Assembly (NCBI GenBank): GCA_910584845.1
Contig: CAJUDH010000004.1
Coordinates: 131,734 to 195,733 of the forward strand
Length of the DNA: 64,000 nucleotides
Origin: an uncultured Lachnospiraceae bacterium
GTDB lineage: Bacteria; Bacillota; Clostridia; Lachnospirales; Lachnospiraceae
Direction of reading: 5' to 3'
Shown: positions 48,234 through 58,735 of the stretch, one piece after another
How positions within the stretch are numbered: the first letter of the stretch is position 1
Layout: the number at the start of each line of letters is the position of its first letter
The notes under the pieces: model-generated
Seen by the model: the letters and a program-made list of their open reading frames with translations, nothing else
Database searches by the model: none
What the model was told of the DNA's origin: nothing
Position numbers and translations under genes: made by a program

Positions 48234-50693
48234 ATGATGGATCGATTTACGGAACAGGCAAGGGAGGCAATCAGCCTTGCCGTAGGCGCGGCAGAAAAAT
48301 TGGGGCATAGCTATGTGGGCACCGAACATCTGCTGATCGGCCTTTTACAGGAAGGCAACGGCGTGGCGGCCAAAGTTTTATCCGGCTGCAACGTTAAGGC
48401 AGAGAAGGTTATTGACCTGGTCAGCCAACTGATTTCCCCCAATCAGAACGTAGGCCTTGTAGAGAGGAATACGTATACCCCTAGCGCCAGGCGGGTGTTG
48501 GAAAACAGCTATCGGGAGGCCGTACGGTTCAAGGCGCCCCTGATCGGCACCGAACATTTATTGATTTCCATGATCCGGGAGACGGACTGTGTGGCAGCCC
48601 GGCTCCTCAACACCATGGGGGTAAGCATCCAGAAATTATATATTGAGCTGCTTTCCGCCATGGGGGAAGACGCACCGGCTAACCGGGAGGAATTTCAGGC
48701 AGGCCGTTCCCCCCGGGGCAAATCCGGCACGCCGACGTTAAATAATTTCAGCCGGGATTTAACCGCGCTTGCCAGGGAAGGGAAACTGGACCCCGTTATC
48801 GGGAGGGGGCAGGAGATCCAGCGGTTGATCCAGATATTAAGCCGCCGGACCAAAAACAACCCTTGCCTGATCGGGGAGCCTGGGGTAGGGAAAACGGCAG
48901 TAGTGGAAGGTTTGGCACAAATGATCGCTTTCGGGGACGTCCCTGAGATTATTGCCGGCAAACGGGTGTTGACCCTGGATTTATCGGGCATGGTGGCCGG
49001 TTCCAAATACCGGGGCGAGTTTGAAGAACGGATTAAGAAAGTATTGGCCGAGGTGAAAGAAGACGGGGAAGTGCTCCTGTTTATTGATGAGATCCACACC
49101 ATCATCGGGGCCGGCGGGGCGGAAGGCGCTATTGACGCGTCCAACATCTTAAAGCCGTCCTTAGCCCGCGGGGAAATCCAGCTGGTTGGGGCTACCACCA
49201 TCGACGAGTACCGGAAATATATCGAGAAGGATGCGGCCCTGGAGCGGCGTTTCCAGCCGGTAACCGTTGAAGAGCCGGGGGAGGAAGAGTCCATCGACAT
49301 TTTAAAGGGCCTCCGGTCCAGATACGAAGAACACCACCGGGTAAGCATTACCGACGATGCTTTGACGGCAGCGGTACGCCTTTCCGCCCGCTATATTAAC
49401 GACCGGTTTTTACCGGATAAAGCCATCGACCTGATTGACGAGGCTTCTTCGAAAGTGCGTTTGACCACTTATGTAGAACCGGGGGAGATCAAAGAACTGG
49501 AAAAGGATATTGAATCCCTGGAACAACAAAAAGAGGCGGCCATCAAGGCAGAGGCCTATGAAAAGGCCGGCGAAATTAAGCGGAAACAGGAAAAGAAGCG
49601 GGAGAAGATTGATAAAATCCGGACGAAATGGCAAAAGGAAAAAACTTCAAGGAAGCTTGTGGTGGGGGAAGGGGAAATTGCAGATGTGGTATCCGGATGG
49701 ACGAAGATCCCGGTCCGTAAATTGGAAGAAGAGGAGTCGGAACGGCTGAAAAAATTGGAATCCATCCTCCACGAACGGGTGGTAGGCCAGGACGAAGCGG
49801 TGACGGCGGTAGCCCGGGCCATCCGCCGGGGCCGTGTGGGGTTAAAAGACCCCAAACGCCCGATTGGCTCTTTCCTGTTTTTAGGCCCTACCGGCGTTGG
49901 GAAGACGGAGCTTTGCAAAGCGTTGGCGGAAGCCATGTTCGGCACCGAAAATGCGTTGATCCGGGTAGATATGTCCGAATATATGGAAAAACACAGCGTA
50001 TCGAAAATGATCGGCTCGCCTCCCGGCTACGTGGGCTATGACGAGGGTGGCCAGCTTAGCGAGAAAGTGCGCCGCCACCCTTATTCGGTAATTTTATTTG
50101 ACGAGATTGAAAAAGCCCATCCGGACGTATTTAACATTTTACTTCAGGTACTGGACGACGGGCATATTACCGACGCCCAGGGCAGGAAGATTGATTTTAA
50201 AAATACCATTTTAATTATGACGTCCAATGCGGGGGCAGAAAGCATTATATCCCCGAAACGCCTAGGTTTTGCCTCCAAGGATGACGAAGGGGAACGGTAC
50301 AAGTTGATGAAGGACCGGGTTATGGAAGAGGTAAAACGGATGTTCAAGCCGGAATTTATCAACCGGATCGACGAAATTATGGTTTTCCACCCATTGAACC
50401 AGGAGCATATGAAAGAAATTGTTTCCATTATGTTACGTACCATCGTCAAACGTACGGCCCGCCAGATGAATTTGGACTTGGAGGTAAAAGAAGACGCCAA
50501 AGCCTTTCTGGTGGAAAAGGGGTACGATGAAAAATATGGCGCCCGCCCCCTGCGCCGGGCAATCCAGAACCACTTGGAAGATAAATTGGCCGAGGCAATC
50601 CTTGACGGTTCCGTTAAAGCCGGGGAACCAGTTGTGGTAAATGTGGAAGACGGCGCACTGAAATTTTTTGCCGGTGAATTGATCCATAACTAG
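48234..50693 (+). CDS. clpC: ATP-dependent Clp protease ATPase subunit ClpC
   Basis: Two GTEH N-domain repeats, GEPGVGKT, UVR coiled coil, GPTGVGKT, LGF ClpP-docking loop, GARPLRR. Confidence 0.96.
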   Translation: MMDRFTEQAREAISLAVGAAEKLGHSYVGTEHLLIGLLQEGNGVAAKVLSGCNVKAEKVIDLVSQLISPNQNVGLVERNTYTPSARRVLENSYREAVRFKAPLIGTEHLLISMIRETDCVAARLLNTMGVSIQKLYIELLSAMGEDAPANREEFQAGRSPRGKSGTPTLNNFSRDLTALAREGKLDPVIGRGQEIQRLIQILSRRTKNNPCLIGEPGVGKTAVVEGLAQMIAFGDVPEIIAGKRVLTLDLSGMVAGSKYRGEFEERIKKVLAEVKEDGEVLLFIDEIHTIIGAGGAEGAIDASNILKPSLARGEIQLVGATTIDEYRKYIEKDAALERRFQPVTVEEPGEEESIDILKGLRSRYEEHHRVSITDDALTAAVRLSARYINDRFLPDKAIDLIDEASSKVRLTTYVEPGEIKELEKDIESLEQQKEAAIKAEAYEKAGEIKRKQEKKREKIDKIRTKWQKEKTSRKLVVGEGEIADVVSGWTKIPVRKLEEEESERLKKLESILHERVVGQDEAVTAVARAIRRGRVGLKDPKRPIGSFLFLGPTGVGKTELCKALAEAMFGTENALIRVDMSEYMEKHSVSKMIGSPPGYVGYDEGGQLSEKVRRHPYSVILFDEIEKAHPDVFNILLQVLDDGHITDAQGRKIDFKNTILIMTSNAGAESIISPKRLGFASKDDEGERYKLMKDRVMEEVKRMFKPEFINRIDEIMVFHPLNQEHMKEIVSIMLRTIVKRTARQMNLDLEVKEDAKAFLVEKGYDEKYGARPLRRAIQNHLEDKLAEAILDGSVKAGEPVVVNVEDGALKFFAGELIHN

Positions 50694-50855
50694 TGTACTG
50701 TCCGGATTCTATTCAGGTAAACCTCCTTGCCTAAATTTCCATCCGACTGCGTTGTCGGCGGTCAACGATGCCGCCGCATCGCCTCCCTTCTCCGCCTTGC
50801 TGATGAAAATTTATCCTGCAAAGTTTCGCCAGATATAATCTGGACAGTACACTAG
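50690..50855. mobile_element. 166-bp MITE-like non-autonomous element with terminal inverted repeats
   Basis: CTAGTGTACTGTCCGGATT ... AATCTGGACAGTACACTAG (18/19 match), nested inner inverted repeats, no ORF. Confidence 0.7.
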
Positions 50856-51118
50856 GACGGGCCCATAACGGGGCTTATCGGACCTTCCTTTAAAGGCATA
50901 GGAAAAATTATGCCTATCCTTTTTTTGCCCGATATGCATCACAGTTGCAAGGCCCGGTTCCCATGAGGGCGGCGTAGGGGTACGTTGGCGGAAATGGGGC
51001 CGGGTTCGGCGTTCAACCGGCAAATGAAAAATTAATGTAACGACCTACTAGATAAATCAAAATAAGCGTGCTATACTAAAACCGTATCGAATATACCATT
51101 TTTCAGGAGGGTAATACC

Positions 51119-51532
51119 ATGGCAGCAGTAGAATCTTTAATCCGCTCAGAAGCAGACGGGACCATCAGTTTTGGCAACCACAAATTATCCGTCAAATCCA
51201 AACTTCAGGATTTTGAGCATGACGGAGATTATTATAAAGTAAAGACTTTTTATGAGATTACCAAATTGGAGCGCAACGGGATGTTTGTCTACGAGTCTGT
51301 ACCAGGCACCGCGGTAGGGCATTTTGGGGTAACGGACGACGGTGTGGAGTTTATGGTGGAGGGCGATAAGGATGCCCAGATTACCCTGCAGCTGGAGGAA
51401 GATACCGATTATGAAGTGTATGTGGACGGCGTCGTGGCAGGCGCCATGAAGACGAACCGCAGCGGGAAACTGATTGTGGGCGTAGAGCTCAACCAGGGCG
51501 AAGCCAGCCGGGTGAAGGTAGTAAAACGATAA
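51119..51532 (+). CDS. Hypothetical protein, predicted beta-rich
   Basis: AGGAGG RBS; compact soluble ORF between clpC and radA; no catalytic motif recognised. Confidence 0.75.
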   Translation: MAAVESLIRSEADGTISFGNHKLSVKSKLQDFEHDGDYYKVKTFYEITKLERNGMFVYESVPGTAVGHFGVTDDGVEFMVEGDKDAQITLQLEEDTDYEVYVDGVVAGAMKTNRSGKLIVGVELNQGEASRVKVVKR

Positions 51533-51577
51533 GGGCAATACATAGGCAGGCATGCCGGTGACAGGGGGAAAGTCTCG

Positions 51578-52948
51578 ATGGCAAAGGCTAAAACCACGGT
51601 ATTTTTTTGTAAAGAGTGCGGATACGAGTCGTCAAAGTGGATGGGGCAATGCCCGGCATGCCGGGAATGGAACACCATGGTAGAAGAACCGGCAGGGAAA
51701 AAAGAACCTTTGCAGCAGGCATTTTCCGGAGGCAGGAACCGGCAGGCTTTACGGCCGGTAAAACTGGAAGAAGTGTCCATTGAAGAGCAAGACCGGATCT
51801 CCACCGGCTATCAGGAGTTGGACCGGGTACTGGGGAGCGGCATCGTGGCCGGTTCCCTGGTGCTGGCCGGCGGGGACCCTGGCATCGGGAAGTCCACTTT
51901 GCTTTTGCAGGTCTGCCGGAATTTGGCCGGAACCGGACATAAGGTGCTGTATATTTCCGGGGAGGAGTCCCTGAAGCAGATTAAGCTGCGGGCCAACCGG
52001 ATCGGGCCGGTTTTAGGGGAACTGTTTTTTTTGTGCGAGACAAATCTGGATCTGATTGGACAGGCCATCCAGGAGGTAAAGCCGGAGGCCGTGGTGATTG
52101 ACTCGATCCAGACGATGTACCGGGAAGACATTTCTTCCGCCCCTGGCAGCGTCAGCCAAGTGAGGGAATCCACCAATATCCTTTTGCAGATTGCCAAAGG
52201 GATGGAAATTACCGTGTTTATTATAGGGCATGTCACCAAGGAAGGGGTAGTGGCCGGCCCCCGCGTGCTGGAACATATGGTGGATACGGTATTGTATTTC
52301 GAGGGGGAACGGAATGCCAGCTACCGGATTTTGCGGGCAGTAAAAAACCGTTTCGGCTCGACCAATGAGATCGGTGTTTTCGAAATGCAGGAACAGGGGC
52401 TGCAAGAGGTGAAAAACCCTTCGGAATATTTACTAAGCGGCCGGCCTGAGGAGGCATCCGGCGCAGTGGTGGCCTGTTCCATCGAAGGCACACGCCCTAT
52501 TTTGCTGGAGGTTCAGGCACTGGTGGCCCAGACCAGCTTTGGCATGGCCCGCCGGACGGCCGCCGGAACCGACTATAACCGGGTAAACCTTTTGATGGCC
52601 GTGCTGGAAAAACGGTGCCATTATGAAATGTCCCGCTATGACGCTTATGTAAACATTGCCGGGGGCGTGCGGATGAACGAACCGGCTTTGGACCTTGCCA
52701 TTGTGTTGGCGCTGGTATCCAGCTTGAAAGACCGGCCCGTAAACCCCAAATGTATCATTTTCGGCGAAGTGGGCCTGTCCGGGGAAGTCCGTGCGGTTTC
52801 CCTTGCGGAACAGCGGGTACATGAGGCGGCAAAACTGGGGTTTGAAAGCTGCATTTTACCCCAGGTCTGTATGGGGAAAATGAAGCAGGTGGACGGGATT
52901 GCGCTTTACGGGGTACGCAATGTGCGGGAAGCCATCGGGCTGATTTAG
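51578..52948 (+). CDS. radA: DNA repair protein RadA/Sms
   Basis: CKECG...CPAC zinc finger, GDPGIGKST, KNRFG, GEVGLSGE. Confidence 0.96.
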   Translation: MAKAKTTVFFCKECGYESSKWMGQCPACREWNTMVEEPAGKKEPLQQAFSGGRNRQALRPVKLEEVSIEEQDRISTGYQELDRVLGSGIVAGSLVLAGGDPGIGKSTLLLQVCRNLAGTGHKVLYISGEESLKQIKLRANRIGPVLGELFFLCETNLDLIGQAIQEVKPEAVVIDSIQTMYREDISSAPGSVSQVRESTNILLQIAKGMEITVFIIGHVTKEGVVAGPRVLEHMVDTVLYFEGERNASYRILRAVKNRFGSTNEIGVFEMQEQGLQEVKNPSEYLLSGRPEEASGAVVACSIEGTRPILLEVQALVAQTSFGMARRTAAGTDYNRVNLLMAVLEKRCHYEMSRYDAYVNIAGGVRMNEPALDLAIVLALVSSLKDRPVNPKCIIFGEVGLSGEVRAVSLAEQRVHEAAKLGFESCILPQVCMGKMKQVDGIALYGVRNVREAIGLI

Positions 52949-53019
52949 CATATGCTGCCTTAAGGTGTTTGTATGGGCGGATGTTGCGGCAAAAATCAAT
53001 CCGGAAAACCCAAAAATTG

Positions 53020-53048
53020 TTGACATGTACATGAAATTGTGATATGAT
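53020..53048 (+). promoter_or_regulatory. Sigma-A promoter of tRNA-Trp
   Basis: TTGACA-17 bp-TATGAT with extended TG. Confidence 0.7.
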
Positions 53049-53087
53049 AAACGAGTTGTTACTGGTGGGGAGAAAGCAGCCCACAAT

Positions 53088-53158
53088 AGGGGAATAGTTC
53101 AATGGTAGAGCGGCGGTCTCCAAAACCGTAGATGGGGGTTCGAGCCCCTCTTCCCCTG
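53088..53158 (+). tRNA. tRNA-Trp(CCA)
   Basis: Acceptor stem AGGGGAA/TTCCCCT, D-arm AGTTCAATGGTAGAGC, anticodon loop CTCCAAA, T-arm GGTTCGAGCCCC; no encoded CCA end. Confidence 0.95.
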
Positions 53159-53449
53159 TTCCATTATGCAGGTTATAAAGGGCGTAACCTTTAAGGGAAG
53201 GGTTGCGGCCTATTTTTTTACTTTATATGCTGTTGAAGGCATAGATTGTGCTGTTGGCTAAAACACAGGGGAAAACCTAAAAATGTGGCAGGGTATCAAC
53301 AACTTGGCAAAGCAGGGGATTGTGCGGGGCCAATGAAAAAAATATGGCAGAATCATATTCGGGAAGGAGGCGCCCTCCAGGCACAAGGGGCATACCGCAC
53401 CTTGGCCTACTGAGGGCAACGGGAAATGAAAGAAAAAGGGGTAAAACCA

Positions 53450-54337
53450 ATGGCTAAAAGGGCTTTACTGGCAATGGGGCTGGCAGGGATCATGGCGGCA
53501 GGGTATCCAACGGCCGTCTTTGCCGGGGAATGGCGGCAAGACAGTACCGGATACTGGTGGCAAAATGACGACGGCAGTTATCCGAAAGCGGCCTGGCAAT
53601 GGCTGGACGGCAACCGGGACGGGGTGGCGGAGTGCTATTATTTCGGGCAGGACGGCTATATGGCGGCGAACACGGAAATCGACGGGTATCAAGTCAATGG
53701 CGACGGCGCCTGGACCGTAGACGGCGTGGTGCAAAAAATGGAAGGGGCGGCGCCTGTTGACCATGCATTGGAAAATAGGAAGGCCAAAGAAGCATATAAG
53801 GACGTATTGGAAGGCGAAGATATGGATGGGGGGTATTTTCATCTTTTGGACATTAATCAAGACGGGATTGAAGAGATGCTGTTCAACTTATCACCTTGGA
53901 CTACTATTTACACTTACCAGGATGGGCAAGTGGAAGAAATTGATACGATAAGGAATGACGGCTATATTTATGACAGGAAAAACAAACGGATCCTATCCAA
54001 TTATGTCAACCATGGGGTGGAGGATTATTGTGCCCATTTCCATGACGGGACGAGGTGGGTATGTGATAGCGCAATCTGGTACTACCAACAATGGGGGGAT
54101 TTTACGGAATCTCCGCTTTCCTACAATGACTTCTATCAGGAAATGCAGGCAAAAAGGCCTTGGTCGTATGAGGGGGTTGCCGATAAAGAAGACGTGTACC
54201 AGACTTACAGGGATTCCTGGCAGGAGATGGATACTTTTAATAAAACATACAAAATCTGGGGAGAGGTAGAATCCGACGATAGCGATACGGCTTCTGTGGA
54301 GAATACCCCGGCAAACCGGGAAGCTTTGTTACAGTGA
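53450..54337 (+). CDS. Secreted protein with N-terminal cell-wall-binding (CW/choline-binding-like) module
   Basis: Signal peptide ending AVFA; W..D..G.WW.NDDG.YP, CYYF..DGYM, YQVN.DGAW; C-terminal domain with DINQDG..E. Confidence 0.8.
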   Translation: MAKRALLAMGLAGIMAAGYPTAVFAGEWRQDSTGYWWQNDDGSYPKAAWQWLDGNRDGVAECYYFGQDGYMAANTEIDGYQVNGDGAWTVDGVVQKMEGAAPVDHALENRKAKEAYKDVLEGEDMDGGYFHLLDINQDGIEEMLFNLSPWTTIYTYQDGQVEEIDTIRNDGYIYDRKNKRILSNYVNHGVEDYCAHFHDGTRWVCDSAIWYYQQWGDFTESPLSYNDFYQEMQAKRPWSYEGVADKEDVYQTYRDSWQEMDTFNKTYKIWGEVESDDSDTASVENTPANREALLQ

Positions 54338-54395
54338 GTTTATAGTAAAGGTATTGTTTGAAGCTTTTGATATTGTTTTTGCCGTTATAGTAGAA

Positions 54396-54428
54396 AGGCT
54401 GTTGCAAAATGCAACAGCCTCCTTTTTT
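54396..54428 (+). terminator. Intrinsic terminator
   Basis: AGGCTGTTGCA-AAA-TGCAACAGCCT followed by a T tract. Confidence 0.7.
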
Positions 54429-54543
54429 CCCGCGTGTACTTTACTTATGGAAACGGGTAAGATATAATCCTGATGGGGCATGATAAAAACGGCAAGCGGC
54501 CAATACCCTAATCCCTACAGGCCAGAACGGAGGCTTAAACACC

Positions 54544-55947
54544 ATGATTACCTATGACGTAGCCAATGCAGGTCCAGATCCTTTATATGAATTTTTGTAT
54601 AAGAACATTAAAAACGATATTGCCCAGGGAATATTAAAGCCAGGGGAAAAGCTGCCCTCGAAAAGGCAGTTTGCTAAAAATTTAGGGGTTAGCGTGGCCA
54701 CGGTGGAAAATGCCTACGGGCAGTTAGCTGCCGAAGGCTATATCTATTCTTTGCCCAAAAGCGGATTTTTTGTGGCGGATTTTAAAAGCCGGGCCTGCGC
54801 AAAAAGGCCGGCTGTGGCAGAGGGCCCGCCCCCCCTAACGGAGGGGGCCGGCCCTTTCCTGGCAGATTTTTCCAGCAATCAGACCGAGACGGAACTTTTT
54901 CCCTTTACGATCTGGTCTAAAGTGATCCGGGAAGTGTTAAATGACAGCCGGGTGCAGTTGATGACCAATTCCCCTTGCGGAGGGACCGTTTTACTGCGGG
55001 AAAACATTGTCCGGTATTTAAAGGCATTCCGCAATATGGACGTCCAGCCGGCGCAGGTGGTCGTAGGCGCAGGGACAGAATATTTATATGGCCTTCTGAT
55101 ACAGTTATTGGGAAAGGGTCCGGTTTATGCAGTGGAAAACCCCGGTTACCAGAAGCTGGAGAAAATTTATGGCAGCTACGGCGTTGCCTGCAGGTGGATT
55201 TCCATGGACGGTGCAGGGATCCGCATTGACGATTTAAAAAGGCAGGGGGCAGACATTGTCCATGTCACCCCTTCCCATCAATATCCTATGGGGATCGTGA
55301 TGCCCATCAGCCGCAGGTATGAATTGCTGGGCTGGGCGTCAGAAATGGAAGGGCGCTATATTATTGAGGATGACTATGACAGCGAGCTGCGGCTTAGCGG
55401 GCAGCCGATCCCCCCGCTACAGAGTATCGATATGTCGGATAAGGTAATTTATATGAACACGTTCACAAAGACGCTTTGTTCTACGGTACGTATCAGCTAC
55501 ATGGTTTTACCGCAGAAGCTTTTGCCACTGTTTTATGGGAAGCTTTCGTTCTATTCCTGTACGGTTTCCAATTTTGAACAATATACCTTAGCCCGCTTTA
55601 TCGAGGAAGGCAAATTTGAAAGCCACATCAACCGTTTGCGGAATTATTACCGGAAAAAAAGGGATATTTTATTGGCTGAGCTGGAAGCGAGCAGGCTGGG
55701 GAAGCTGGTTTCCCTTTCCGGGGAGGAAGCGGGCCTCCATTTCCTGATGGAAGTCCACACAGGACTGCCAGAGGCATTGATTGTGGGGCGGGCAAAAGAA
55801 AAGGGGATCCGGCTTTTGCCCTTATCCGGCTATTACTATGGGGAGGAAAGGAAACGGGAAAACGTTTATGTGATGAATTATTCTTCCATAGATGTGGATA
55901 AGGCAAAAGAGGTTATGGAACGCCTGTATGATTGTTGTGTGGAATAG
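54544..55947 (+). CDS. MocR/GabR family regulator (GntR HTH + PLP aminotransferase domain)
   Basis: KLPSKR..A..LGVS..TVE.AY.QL.AEGY; TPSHQYPMG; IIEDDYDSE; TFTKTL. Confidence 0.92.
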   Translation: MITYDVANAGPDPLYEFLYKNIKNDIAQGILKPGEKLPSKRQFAKNLGVSVATVENAYGQLAAEGYIYSLPKSGFFVADFKSRACAKRPAVAEGPPPLTEGAGPFLADFSSNQTETELFPFTIWSKVIREVLNDSRVQLMTNSPCGGTVLLRENIVRYLKAFRNMDVQPAQVVVGAGTEYLYGLLIQLLGKGPVYAVENPGYQKLEKIYGSYGVACRWISMDGAGIRIDDLKRQGADIVHVTPSHQYPMGIVMPISRRYELLGWASEMEGRYIIEDDYDSELRLSGQPIPPLQSIDMSDKVIYMNTFTKTLCSTVRISYMVLPQKLLPLFYGKLSFYSCTVSNFEQYTLARFIEEGKFESHINRLRNYYRKKRDILLAELEASRLGKLVSLSGEEAGLHFLMEVHTGLPEALIVGRAKEKGIRLLPLSGYYYGEERKRENVYVMNYSSIDVDKAKEVMERLYDCCVE

Positions 55948-56213
55948 CTGCCTGCAAGCGGGCCCGTTGCCCTGCGTATGGTAAAAAATGCAATTTATCG
56001 GGGAATTTAACTTGTAACCATCCTGCCGTAAGTGTATAATAAAGGCATACCTTGTCGGATGGAGCATGGGGGCGCGTCGGCGCTGCCCTCTTACGCCGCT
56101 TTTATTTGGACCGGAACCCACAAATGTGGCCCACGTCGGCGGGAAGCGGTTTTCAGGGTACTCCAGGATACGGGCAAAGCGTACCCGTAGGGTATATGGT
56201 AAAAACATTTTAG

Positions 56214-57221
<1,008 letters not shown>

Positions 57222-57239
57222 GATTAGGAGGAAACATTC

Positions 57240-58430
57240 ATGAATATATTGGTAATCAATTGCGGAAGCTCTTCCTTGAAATATCAGCTTATCAATTCCG
57301 ATTCGGAAGCGGTGCTGGCAAAAGGGCTGTGTGAGAGGATTGGCATTGAGGGGAGCCAGATCACCTATCAGCCGGACGGGAAAGAGAAAGAAGTTACGGT
57401 TTCCCCGATGCCCACCCATACCCAGGCCATTAAGCTGGTCTTGGATGCGTTGACCAATGAAAAGTCCGGCGTGATCAAGAGCCTGGACCAGGTAGGGGCC
57501 GTAGGGCACCGGGTGGTGCATGGAGGCGAGTCCTTTACTTCCTCTACCATAATTACGGAAGAAGCCATCCAGGCGATTGAGGCCTGCAACGACTTGGCCC
57601 CCCTCCACAACCCTGCTAACCTGATCGGTATCCGCGCCTGCCAGGAACTGATGCCGGGCACCCCTATGGTGGCGGTTTTTGATACGGCTTTCCATCAGAC
57701 GATGCCGGAAAAGGCATATTTATACGGGCTTCCCTATGAGTATTATGAAACTTACAAAATAAGGAGGTACGGGTTCCACGGGACAAGCCACAGCTACGTC
57801 TCCAAACGGGCGGCGCAGTTCTTGGGAAAACCCTATGGCCAATTGAAAACCATCGTATGCCATTTGGGCAACGGTTCCAGCATTTCTGCCGTGCAGAACG
57901 GAAAATCCGTGGATACCAGCATGGGCCTAACCCCATTGGAAGGGTTGATTATGGGCACAAGGAGCGGTGATGTGGATCCCGGCGTGATGCAGTTTTTGAT
58001 GCACAAAGAGAATATGGACATTGACCAGATGCTAAACGTCCTTAATAAGAAATCCGGCGTATTTGGCGTATCTGGCGTATCGAGCGACTTCCGGGATTTG
58101 GGGGATGCGGCAGCCGATGGCAATAAACGGGCCGAAATCGCCCTGGAATCTTTTGCCTACCGGGTAGCCAAGTACGTAGGCGCTTATGCGGCTGCTATGA
58201 ATGGGGTAGATGTGATCGCCTTTACAGCCGGCGTAGGGGAAAACGACAAGAATGCCCGCCGGATGGTTTGCAGTTATCTGGCCTTTTTAGGGATTACGCT
58301 GGACGAAGAGGCAAATTCCACCAGAGGCAAAGAGATTGTAATATCTACACCGGATTCCAAAGTGACGGTAGTAGTGATCCCGACTAACGAAGAGCTGGCG
58401 ATTGCCAGGGAGACGCTGGCGCTGGTGTAA
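57240..58430 (+). CDS. ackA: Acetate kinase
   Basis: [45 protein letters not shown]. Confidence 0.97.
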   Translation: MNILVINCGSSSLKYQLINSDSEAVLAKGLCERIGIEGSQITYQPDGKEKEVTVSPMPTHTQAIKLVLDALTNEKSGVIKSLDQVGAVGHRVVHGGESFTSSTIITEEAIQAIEACNDLAPLHNPANLIGIRACQELMPGTPMVAVFDTAFHQTMPEKAYLYGLPYEYYETYKIRRYGFHGTSHSYVSKRAAQFLGKPYGQLKTIVCHLGNGSSISAVQNGKSVDTSMGLTPLEGLIMGTRSGDVDPGVMQFLMHKENMDIDQMLNVLNKKSGVFGVSGVSSDFRDLGDAAADGNKRAEIALESFAYRVAKYVGAYAAAMNGVDVIAFTAGVGENDKNARRMVCSYLAFLGITLDEEANSTRGKEIVISTPDSKVTVVVIPTNEELAIARETLALV

Positions 58431-58451
58431 GGGCCGGATGAAAAAGATAAT

Positions 58452-58492
58452 AAAAACTGCCATGGAGGGTTTGGCCTCTGTGGCAGTTTTTT
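58452..58492 (+). terminator. Terminator after ackA
   Basis: AAAAACTGCCATGGAGG...CCTCTGTGGCAGTTTTTT. Confidence 0.75.
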
Positions 58493-58677
58493 GTGTGAAA
58501 GGAAAAGGGGAGGATTTTTGCAGGGCCCTATAAAATCAAAAAGGAGGGGGCAGCCATAAAGTTTCACCCCGCCAGCCGGGCAGTTTTTGGAACCAGGCAG
58601 GGAGGCTGGGCAGGGGCAATGAAGGCCCCAAAGGATTCCCGTGGCAAAGGGATGATGGCCAAAACAGAATAAAAGGA

Positions 58678-58706
58678 TTGAAAATGTAATGGATTAAAGG
58701 TATAAT
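58678..58706 (+). promoter_or_regulatory. Sigma-A-like promoter
   Basis: TTGAAA-17 bp-TATAAT. Confidence 0.6.
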
Positions 58707-58735
58707 TTTTAAAGAAAAATTTACAGGAGGCAGCA

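Noticed and set aside
53088..54500. Integrative element at tRNA-Trp
   Set aside because: No integrase and no duplicated tRNA 3' end in the window
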